From Vulcanimicrobiota bacterium (GTDB lineage: Bacteria; Vulcanimicrobiota; Vulcanimicrobiia; Eremiobacterales; Eremiobacteraceae): a stretch of 64,000 nucleotides of DNA. Positions 8,114 to 16,237 of the stretch are shown here, in pieces. Position numbers and translations under genes: made by a program. Position 1 is the first letter of the stretch. Every line of letters starts with the position of its first letter. The notes beneath the pieces are model-generated. The model worked only from the letters and a program-made list of their open reading frames with translations, did not search any database and was not told where the DNA came from. The DNA is taken from positions 256,001 to 320,000 of the forward strand of contig CAWETU010000001.1 in assembly GCA_963812135.1 (NCBI GenBank), read 5' to 3'.

Positions 8114-9822
8114 TGGCGCTCGTCCGGTCTGCGCGCTTCGTCCGCGCCGCCGTCACCGGCGGCGCGTTCGCGATCGCTCTGACGATCGCCGCGTATGGCG
8201 GCGGCGCGCGCGGTGACCAAACTGCCGCGCCGACGATGACGCCTTCGCCCGCGACCACCACGACGCCGAATGGACCGCAGCCGATCTACCCGCCCAGCCC
8301 GTGCGCGTCGGGCGCCGGCGACTGCAGCCCCGCGCCGCAAGGCACGTATATGGCGACCGAGCCGCCCGCGCCGGCGACTGTCCAAGTGAATCCCAACGCA
8401 GTGCGCGTGCTGCTCGGGCACAGCGCGTCCGCCCGGCTGCTGTCGCCGCCGAGCGGCATCGTGATCCTGTCGGGCCAGGACGAGAACGTGGTGCGCGCGA
8501 TCTTCAACCCGGTCGACCGCACGATCGATCTCTTCGGATTGCATCCCGGCAACACGCAGATCACCATCACGAGCCAACAAGGTCTGACGGCGACCCTGAG
8601 CGTGTCGGTGCAGGTTTCCGCGGGGCGATCGGACGCGTTCACGGCGATCAACATCACGGGGCATCCCGCGTCGTCGGCGTTCGTCGCGGAAATGGCTGCG
8701 CAAGCGGCCACGCACGTGACCTACGCGCAAGCCGGCGCGCACATCAACGCGGGCATCGCCGAGGATTCGCGCGAGCTGCCGCCCGACGACACTGCGATCG
8801 TCCACGTGCCGGTGGACGTCACGGGCGACAATTATTTCGCGTACCACACCACCGTCGCGGTCCGCGTCACGAACCTCGCGCAGCCCCAGCTCGCGCCGCG
8901 ATTCATGCTCGTCTCGGATTTCCCGGAGACGATCACCGAGGAGGGCACGCTTTTCTACAGCGACGTGACGATCGACAAGCCCGCGCGGCTGCTGTACTAC
9001 CACTACGCGCCGCAGGGCGCGCCGCTACGGCGCGTCCTCGTGAAGGTGCAAAACGCGGGCAATGACGCGAGCCTGCTCGAGATGATCGCCGGCATCGGGG
9101 GCCCATACACGGATATCCTCGGCGTCGGCCACGGGTCGACGCTGCGTTTCTTGCAGCACGATGCGGCGGGCGAAGGCCAGGTCTTCGAAGTGCCGCCACA
9201 GGCGACGATCAACGTGATCGATCAGCTGCTGCCCGCGGGCAATCTGGTGGCAGGCCTCATGCAGATGCGCGTCATCACGGGACCCGGGTTGCGCGTGGCG
9301 GTCGTCGTGCAAGCCGCCGACGCATCGCCAATCGAGCCCATCTCCGAAACGCTGCTCTCAAGCTCGGTGAACCACGCCCGCGGCGTCTACGAGGTTCCCG
9401 AGTTCTTCTACGACGAGTCCTACACGGTCGGCGACACGCCGACCACGCTCGCCATCGGGAAGCTGCCGCTGCCGAATCTGGTGCAGGGCGCCGTGCTGGG
9501 CGGCGATTACGGCGTGAAGCAAAGCGCCGACGTCAATCTGCTCAATCCGACCGACCAGCCGGCCGATGTCGGACTGTGGTTCGAGCCGCGCGGCGGCCGC
9601 GCGACCGGCACGCTGTTGATCAACGGCGACATCGTCCAGCTCCATCCCGTCGAACCGATGAAACCGGCGCTCGTGCGCCGCTTCAGCGTGCCGGCGCGCG
9701 GCTTCGTGCACGTGAGCGTCGTGACCATGCCCGAAGGGGGTTCGTCGTACCCCGTGAACTTGCTGTTCGCATCGGATCCGCCGCCGGGCGCGGGCTGGAA
9801 CGTTTCCTCAGCGGTGCACTAG
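8113..9822 (+). CDS. Secreted hypothetical protein with Pro/Thr linker and beta-rich domains
   Basis: In-frame GTG at 8113 overlaps the recQ stop; signal-peptide-like N-terminus, TPSP linker, GxTxITIT Ig-like segment. Confidence 0.65.
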   Translation: MALVRSARFVRAAVTGGAFAIALTIAAYGGGARGDQTAAPTMTPSPATTTTPNGPQPIYPPSPCASGAGDCSPAPQGTYMATEPPAPATVQVNPNAVRVLLGHSASARLLSPPSGIVILSGQDENVVRAIFNPVDRTIDLFGLHPGNTQITITSQQGLTATLSVSVQVSAGRSDAFTAINITGHPASSAFVAEMAAQAATHVTYAQAGAHINAGIAEDSRELPPDDTAIVHVPVDVTGDNYFAYHTTVAVRVTNLAQPQLAPRFMLVSDFPETITEEGTLFYSDVTIDKPARLLYYHYAPQGAPLRRVLVKVQNAGNDASLLEMIAGIGGPYTDILGVGHGSTLRFLQHDAAGEGQVFEVPPQATINVIDQLLPAGNLVAGLMQMRVITGPGLRVAVVVQAADASPIEPISETLLSSSVNHARGVYEVPEFFYDESYTVGDTPTTLAIGKLPLPNLVQGAVLGGDYGVKQSADVNLLNPTDQPADVGLWFEPRGGRATGTLLINGDIVQLHPVEPMKPALVRRFSVPARGFVHVSVVTMPEGGSSYPVNLLFASDPPPGAGWNVSSAVH

Positions 9823-9841
9823 AAGAGGAGCGCGCTTTTGT

Positions 9842-10255
9842 ATGCCTCACGAACCTCTGGTAAATCCCAACGATGCCCACAACGAGCGGCTGAGCCCGGT
9901 CGAACGCTTCTGCAAGCGCATTTCGGACTCGACCGGGGCGCCGATCGCGCTTGCGATCGTGATCGTCGGACAGTTCGTCTGGATCATCTTTGGTCAAGTG
10001 ACAGGTCGCGATCCGTTCCCATTCATCTTTCTGTTGACGATCTCCAACGTCGTCCAGCTGACGCTGCTGTTCGTCATCTCCGTCGCGCAACGCCAGGCGA
10101 GCCAGCATGCGGAGATGCGAGCAGAACTCGATCACGAGTGGATCGGCCGCCTGCTGGACCATCAGGAACTGCAAGAGGAGCTGCTCCTCCGCATCGCCGC
10201 GAAGACCGGCGCCGACACGGCGGACTTGAAAGCTCGCGCTGACTCGATGAAGTGA
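9842..10255 (+). CDS. DUF1003-family membrane protein
   Basis: Two TM helices, DPFPFIFL motif, AQRQA...RAELD coiled-coil tail. Confidence 0.75.
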   Translation: MPHEPLVNPNDAHNERLSPVERFCKRISDSTGAPIALAIVIVGQFVWIIFGQVTGRDPFPFIFLLTISNVVQLTLLFVISVAQRQASQHAEMRAELDHEWIGRLLDHQELQEELLLRIAAKTGADTADLKARADSMK

Positions 10256-10260
10256 CGTCC

Positions 10261-13200
10261 TCAGACGTCTGAGGGCACGGCGGTCTCAGGCGGGCGCAAC
10301 ACCGGCGTGCTCGCGACGCCGCGGCGGCGGTTCACGAACTTGCCGCCGAAACGCTGCACGATCCAATAGTAGATCGTCGGTACTACCAGCAATGAGAGCA
10401 ATGTCGAGGCGATCAAGCCGCCGATCACCACCGTAGCGAGCGGCGCCTGCGTCGAGCTGCCCGCTTCGATTCCGATCGCCAGCGGCAACATGCCGCCGAT
10501 CGTGGCGAGCGTCGTCATCAGGATCGGACGCAGCCGCATCGGGCCGGCTTTGAGCAACGCATCGCGCGCCGGGACTCCGTCTTCACGCAGCTGGCGCGTG
10601 AACTCGATGACCAAAATGGAGTTCTTCACCGCGATGCCCACGAGCATGAGCGACCCGATGAACGCGGTGAGCCCGAACGCGCGGTGCGTCAGCATCAGCG
10701 ACGCGACGATGCCGACCAGCGACAACGGCACGGCTGCCATGATCACGAGCGGGTCGACGTACGATTCGAACTGCGCGGCCAAGAGCATATAGATCAGCAG
10801 GATCGCGAGGCCGACCGCGAGCCACATCGAGTTGAAGCTCGTTTGACCGCGTTGGATCTCGGGACCGTACTCCCAACGATAGCCAGTCGGCAACGGGTAG
10901 TGGCGCATGAGCACGCCTGCATCGGCCACGATCGGACCCAGGGGCCTGCCGCTGATCGGCGCCGATATCTCGATGCGGCGCTGCCGGTCCTCGCGGCTGA
11001 TGGCCGACGGACCAAGACCCGGTGTCAGCGTCGCCACATCGCCAAGCGTCACGCCGTAGCCGACCGGCCCGGCGATCGCGGCGTTCGGGTTCGCGTTGGT
11101 CGACGTATTGGTGGAGAGTGGCGTGAACTCGAGCGCCTTGAGCGACGAAAACGTGCGGCGCTGTGTCGGCGACAGTTCGATGATGATCGGGTACTGGATG
11201 CCGTTGATCTGATAATAGGAGGCGATCTGACCGCTCGTCGCCGTGCTGATGAAGTTGGCAAGATCGCCTGTTCCCAAGCCGGCCACCATGAGCCGCGTGC
11301 GATCGACTGTGACGTTGATCTCCGGCTGCGAGTTGGTCACGTTCTTGTCCGGATCGCCGACGCCGGGGATCTTCGAGATCGCGGCCATGACGCCGTCCGA
11401 GACCGTCTGCAGCGTGTTGATATCCGGCCCGAAGATCTCAAGCTCGAGCGCCGTCTGTCCTTGCGAGATCTGACGCTGGACGATGTCGATCGTCTGGCCG
11501 CGCGCGATGACGCCGACCATGGCCGCGCGCAGTTCCGGTGGTGCGGAACGCCCGAGCGAGCCGATCCCGTTGAGCCGCGCGCGCCATTCTCTTACGAATG
11601 CGGCGGACGCGGACGCGCTCGTCCCCGGCTTGAGCGCCACTTGGATGCTGGCGCGATTGGTGATCGGACGGACGTTGCCGCCACCCCCGGTCTGGCCGAC
11701 CGTCGCGCCCACGGCGACCACGCGCGGGTCTTTGAGCAGCGCGTTCTCCACCACCGTCGAGATCTGATTCGTCACTGCCAATGCGGCGCCGTTGGGCGCT
11801 TGCAGATCGAACTGCAAGAAGCGCGAGTCCGATGGCGGGAAGATCTCTGTCGGCACGACGCCCAGCGCCAGGACGCCGATGGTGATCGCGAGCAGCGCCG
11901 CCGCCGAACCGATCACTCGTGCGGGCCTGTCCAAGCAGTAATTGAGCGCGGCGCGATAGGCGGCTTCCAGGCGGGCGTAGAGCCGGTCAAAGCGCGCGCC
12001 GAAGGACTCACGGGCCGGCGGCTCCGAGGCGCCGTCCGCCGCCTGCCCCTGGTCTCGGCGCAGCAGCTCGGTGGCGAGCATCGGCACCGTCAGGATCGCG
12101 ACGATGAACGAGATGCCGACGCCGCTCATAACGACGATCGCGAAGGGGCCGAAGATCAGTCCCTGGATGCCCGGGATCAACATGAGCGGCAAGAACACGG
12201 TGACGACCGTGATCGACGACGCGAAGACGGCGCCGAGGATTTGCGTGGTCGCGCCTTCGGCCGCATCCGCCGGTTGCATCCCGGTGCGCAAGAAGCGCGA
12301 GATGTTCTCGATCACGACGACGGCGTCGTCCACGATGAGGCCGACGGCCAGTGCCAAACCTCCCAGCGTCATCACGTTGAGCGACTGGTGCGTCACGTAC
12401 CCGATGAACAGCGCGCCAAGCACGGAGATCGGCAGTGAGACGGCGACGATGACCGTCGCCCGCCACGAGTGCAAGAAGAGCAAGATGATCAGCACCGCGA
12501 GGATGGCGCCGTAGAGGGCGGTGTGCTGCAGCGACGCGAGCGCGGTCAAGATGAACTCGCGCTGATCGAGCATCGTGCTCCATTTGATGGTCGGGTGGCG
12601 CTGATTGATGTCGTTGATCTTGTCGTTGATGCCTGCGGCGACGTCGACGATGTTCGCGTTGGGCTGCGCGGTGATCGTGAGCTGCACCGACGGCGCGCCG
12701 TTGACGCGCGAGAAGACGCGCTGCTCCTGGATCGAATCGCTGACCGTTGCGACGTCGCGCAGCCGGACGGGCACGCCGCCCGACATCGCGACGATCGTGT
12801 CGGCGATCTGGGCGGGCGCCTTGTAGAGCGCGTTGGTGCGGATGCCGTATTCCTGCGCGCCGATCTGGATGAGCCCAGCAGGCAGATCTACGTTCTCGCT
12901 CTTGATGCGCGACAGCAGCATGTCGAGCGTGAGGCCGACCGATGCGAGGCGGTGTTCGTCGGGCTGGATCATGATGGCGCGCTGGGTCACGCCTGAGACG
13001 CCGACGCTGCCGACGCCGCGCACCGACGCGAGTTCGTCCGACAGCTCGTTGACGATCAAGTCCGAAAGATCGCGCTGCGTGCGCGTCGGATCGGTCAGCT
13101 GGAGCGAGAGCACCGGCGTGGCGTTGGGGTCCGCCTTGATGATCTGCGGCTCTTGCAGGTTCGGATCGTTCGGCAGCGACGCGCGGATGCGGGCGATCTG

Positions 13201-13530
13201 TTGCTGGACGTCGACTGCCGCGACGTTGATGTCCGTGCCGTACAGGAACTGGACCCGCACGGTGGACTGGCCCTCGGACGACGTCGACTCGAGGATATCG
13301 ATGCCCGAAACGCGGCTCACCGCGTTCTCGATCGGACGCGTCACCGTGGTCTCGATGGTCTCGGGCGAGGCGTTGGTGTACGCCGTGCTGACGCTGAGCA
13401 CCGGCGGGGCGAACGACGGGAGCAGCGCGACCGGCAGGCGCGGCCAGGCGAAGATTCCAAGCACGACGATCGCGGCGGACAACATCGCGACGGCGACTCG
13501 ACGGGTGACGGCGAAACGGGCGATGGACAT
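10261..13530 (-). CDS. RND efflux transporter permease subunit (AcrB/AcrD/AcrF family)
   Basis: 1089 aa; GLIVDDAVVVIENI, KNSILVIEF, RLRPILMTT, PLATVVIGG motifs. Confidence 0.93.
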   Translation of the reverse strand: MSIARFAVTRRVAVAMLSAAIVVLGIFAWPRLPVALLPSFAPPVLSVSTAYTNASPETIETTVTRPIENAVSRVSGIDILESTSSEGQSTVRVQFLYGTDINVAAVDVQQQIARIRASLPNDPNLQEPQIIKADPNATPVLSLQLTDPTRTQRDLSDLIVNELSDELASVRGVGSVGVSGVTQRAIMIQPDEHRLASVGLTLDMLLSRIKSENVDLPAGLIQIGAQEYGIRTNALYKAPAQIADTIVAMSGGVPVRLRDVATVSDSIQEQRVFSRVNGAPSVQLTITAQPNANIVDVAAGINDKINDINQRHPTIKWSTMLDQREFILTALASLQHTALYGAILAVLIILLFLHSWRATVIVAVSLPISVLGALFIGYVTHQSLNVMTLGGLALAVGLIVDDAVVVIENISRFLRTGMQPADAAEGATTQILGAVFASSITVVTVFLPLMLIPGIQGLIFGPFAIVVMSGVGISFIVAILTVPMLATELLRRDQGQAADGASEPPARESFGARFDRLYARLEAAYRAALNYCLDRPARVIGSAAALLAITIGVLALGVVPTEIFPPSDSRFLQFDLQAPNGAALAVTNQISTVVENALLKDPRVVAVGATVGQTGGGGNVRPITNRASIQVALKPGTSASASAAFVREWRARLNGIGSLGRSAPPELRAAMVGVIARGQTIDIVQRQISQGQTALELEIFGPDINTLQTVSDGVMAAISKIPGVGDPDKNVTNSQPEINVTVDRTRLMVAGLGTGDLANFISTATSGQIASYYQINGIQYPIIIELSPTQRRTFSSLKALEFTPLSTNTSTNANPNAAIAGPVGYGVTLGDVATLTPGLGPSAISREDRQRRIEISAPISGRPLGPIVADAGVLMRHYPLPTGYRWEYGPEIQRGQTSFNSMWLAVGLAILLIYMLLAAQFESYVDPLVIMAAVPLSLVGIVASLMLTHRAFGLTAFIGSLMLVGIAVKNSILVIEFTRQLREDGVPARDALLKAGPMRLRPILMTTLATIGGMLPLAIGIEAGSSTQAPLATVVIGGLIASTLLSLLVVPTIYYWIVQRFGGKFVNRRRGVASTPVLRPPETAVPSDV

Positions 13531-13588
13531 AGGCTGCTTGCTTTTTCGCGCTAGAGCCTAGGAATGTCTGCCTCTGCGGCGCTCGCTT

Positions 13589-14377
13589 TCATAATTTGGC
13601 GCTAACCTGCGCTTGCACGCGGTAACGCCACAGATTCGCTTGGCCGTTCCCACCAATCCCCCAGATATCGAACGCGCTCAACGTGGTCGCCCTGCCGATG
13701 TTCGCGGTGATGCTCGGACCGATCGCGGACACGAAGATTCCGCCCCGCGCAAAGTTGACGCGCGCTTCGTACAAGAGCGCGACCGCGCCAGAGCGCGGCG
13801 TCAGGACATACGGCGTCGCGCTGAGATCATAGTAGCTCGTCCACGACGAGCCGGGCGGCACGATGACGCTTTGCGCGAAGCGGTTCTCCAGGCTTAACCC
13901 GCCGCTGTTCCAGCGCCAGCGGACGTCGTAGTGCGGGCGCACCTGCATGTCATCACTCTTGACGCCGTTCGTCACGGTCGGCAGCCAGAGCTCGCCCACA
14001 AGCGCGTGGTCGAAGGCTTGCCCCTTGACGCCGTCGATGTAGACGAGCGCGATGCTGCCCAGCCCGCTTTTCGGAGCCCGCATCGCGGCGAAACTCGTGA
14101 CGAGCGGCAGATAGATCTTTATGCTGCGGCGTTTGCTGAACGCCTTTCCGAACGTGAGGCGGTACTGCGCCATTCCCGCGCCGTTGCGCTTCGATTCGAA
14201 GAAGTAACGCGCGGCGAACGTGTGGCTGACCTCAAACGCATCGTCCGACGTTGTCTCGAGCGTGCTCCGGTCAGGACTTGCGCGGGCGGAACCGCTGCTC
14301 TCGTCGCCGCGCGAGGCGGTCGCGCCCGCGAACGCGATTGCGCACGCGGCGACGGCCGCTAGCCACCGCGGTTTCAT
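13589..14377 (-). CDS. Secreted hypothetical protein, probable outer-membrane beta-barrel
   Basis: Signal peptide MKPRWLAAVAACAIAFAG; alternating amphipathic strands, ending YRVQAQVSAKL; ATGA overlap with the GT4 stop. Confidence 0.55.
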   Translation of the reverse strand: MKPRWLAAVAACAIAFAGATASRGDESSGSARASPDRSTLETTSDDAFEVSHTFAARYFFESKRNGAGMAQYRLTFGKAFSKRRSIKIYLPLVTSFAAMRAPKSGLGSIALVYIDGVKGQAFDHALVGELWLPTVTNGVKSDDMQVRPHYDVRWRWNSGGLSLENRFAQSVIVPPGSSWTSYYDLSATPYVLTPRSGAVALLYEARVNFARGGIFVSAIGPSITANIGRATTLSAFDIWGIGGNGQANLWRYRVQAQVSAKL

Positions 14378-15405
14378 GTGGCGCAAACCTCTTCATAGAC
14401 ATTCATCAGCCGCGCGGCGACGGCGGACCACGTATACTCGCTTGCGATCGTGCGTCCGAGCGCGACACGATTGTGCGCCGCAGGCCCACCGCTCGTCGCT
14501 GAGTCGAGCATCGCGGCGAATGCGCTGTCGTCGCCCGCAGGCGCGTACCACGCCGCATCGCCCAGGACTTCGCGGTGGACTGGGATGTCGGACGCGATGA
14601 CCGGCACGCCGGCGGCGAGCGCCTGGAGCGGCGGCAGATCAAACCCCTCGTACTGCGACGGCGCGATCAGCGCGGTCGCGCGACCATACAGTGCGAGCAG
14701 CTCCTCGTCGGCGATGAATCCGCGCAGTTCCACGCGCGGGCCGATGTTCAAGCGTTCGATCTCGCGGCGCACCTCATCCGCGTACGGAGTGAGCGGACCA
14801 ACTGAAGTCAGCCGCGCCTCCGTGCTGCGCGCCACCGCGCGCACCGCCGTCAACAGATCCTTGCGCTCCTCGACGGTGCCGACGGCGAGCACCAGGGGCG
14901 GCGCCTGTGCCTGACGCTCGAGCGCGAAGTAGCGTTCGTCCACGCCAGCGCCGGCGACGGCGATCCGTGCCGCATCGATGCCCAGCGCGTCGGCGATCTC
15001 GAGGCGCGCCACGTGCGTGTCGGCGACCAGCTTGTCGGCGGCGCGAGCGAGGCGCGGTTGCCATCTCCCGAAATACCAGCGAATATGCGCGCGCCCGCGA
15101 TTACCCGCGCGCCGCCACGCGAGATCGTGCAGCGTGAGCACGCATGGGTGCGGCGGGCGCCAGGGCAGCGTGCCGCCGGTCCAATGCACGACGTCCGCGT
15201 GGGCTTCCCGCGCGAGCCGCCGCGCGCGAAGCTGGTCCCAATAGATGCGCCGGTCGAAGCGCCACAGATCGAAGCGGTCGTCGCGCAATTCGACGACGTC
15301 CACGTCGCCCCGCGCGCGCAGCGCGTCGGCCACGCGCGTGGCGTACACGCCGAGCCCAGTAGGCGTGCCGAGCGCGAACTGCGTGTCGAGAGCGACGCGC
15401 AACAT
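14374..15405 (-). CDS. Glycosyltransferase family 4 (GT-B)
   Basis: TGLGVY, TLHDL, VGTVEERKD, YEGFDLPPLQALAAGVPVIASDIP; start moved to ATG 15405, overlapping the upstream TGA. Confidence 0.9.
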   Translation of the reverse strand: MLRVALDTQFALGTPTGLGVYATRVADALRARGDVDVVELRDDRFDLWRFDRRIYWDQLRARRLAREAHADVVHWTGGTLPWRPPHPCVLTLHDLAWRRAGNRGRAHIRWYFGRWQPRLARAADKLVADTHVARLEIADALGIDAARIAVAGAGVDERYFALERQAQAPPLVLAVGTVEERKDLLTAVRAVARSTEARLTSVGPLTPYADEVRREIERLNIGPRVELRGFIADEELLALYGRATALIAPSQYEGFDLPPLQALAAGVPVIASDIPVHREVLGDAAWYAPAGDDSAFAAMLDSATSGGPAAHNRVALGRTIASEYTWSAVAARLMNVYEEVCAT

Positions 15406-16202
15406 CAGCGCGGCTTGGACGGCGCCGGCGACGGAGATGGACCGAGCTCGAGCAACGCCTGCTCTGCATCGGATTGGTGCGGGTGCATCGCCAAGACGCG
15501 CCGGAACGCATCGCGCGCGGCGCTCTTGTCGCCCCAATCACGCTGCGCGAACGCGTACGACAACAAGTATCCCTCGTTGAACGGCGCGATGTCGCTCGCA
15601 CGCTTGAATGCGAAAATCGCCTGTTGCCGATAACCCGCCGCCTTGTCGGGTTTGGCAAAGCTCGCGTCCACCGACAGCTTGCCGATCTTCGCATATGCGG
15701 CCGCGAGATCGGCGCGCAGCAGCATGTTGCCGGTGAGGCGCTGCACGAGCGCGTCTTCGAGCGCGATCGCATCGTCGTAGCCGCCCGCCGTAGCCATGCG
15801 GTCTTCGGCCGCCGCGAGGCGCCCGGCGGCGTTCGCCTGCAAGTAGTCCGCCACCGCGGCAGCAGGATCGCCGAGCCGCGTATATGCGTCGCCCATCTCG
15901 GCGACGCACGCCGCGCCGCAGTTCGAGCGTTCGAAATCGCGCAACGCGGCGGCAGGGTCGCGATCGAGCTCCGCGCGGCCGCGGTCCTCGAGGAGCAGTC
16001 GAGAATCCGGCCAGAGCGTGAGCCCGCGATCGAACCATGCGAACGCCGCGCGCGCGTCGCCTTTCGCAAGCGCGAGGTTGCCCAGGTCGTCGAACCACCA
16101 CGCCGCCAGCGGCCGCCAGCCGAACGCGGCGAACAGCGCGAGCGCGAGCGCGGCGGAGACGACGACGTCCTTGCGCATGCCAAAAGATTGGGGGCCAGGC
16201 AT
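15405..16202 (-). CDS. Membrane-anchored tetratricopeptide-repeat protein
   Basis: N-terminal TM followed by TPR-like helices (LGNLAL..GD..AA, MGDAY..LGD..AA); start ATG 16202 with AAGGGG upstream. Confidence 0.7.
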   Translation of the reverse strand: MPGPQSFGMRKDVVVSAALALALFAAFGWRPLAAWWFDDLGNLALAKGDARAAFAWFDRGLTLWPDSRLLLEDRGRAELDRDPAAALRDFERSNCGAACVAEMGDAYTRLGDPAAAVADYLQANAAGRLAAAEDRMATAGGYDDAIALEDALVQRLTGNMLLRADLAAAYAKIGKLSVDASFAKPDKAAGYRQQAIFAFKRASDIAPFNEGYLLSYAFAQRDWGDKSAARDAFRRVLAMHPHQSDAEQALLELGPSPSPAPSKPR

Positions 16203-16237
16203 TGCCTGACCCCCTTTGTCTTCGAGTCTACGTCGCG

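Noticed and set aside
10259..10274. Perfect palindrome CCTCAGACGTCTGAGG between convergent genes
   Set aside because: No loop or U-tract and it lies mostly within the RND 3' end; not supportable as a terminator or operator.
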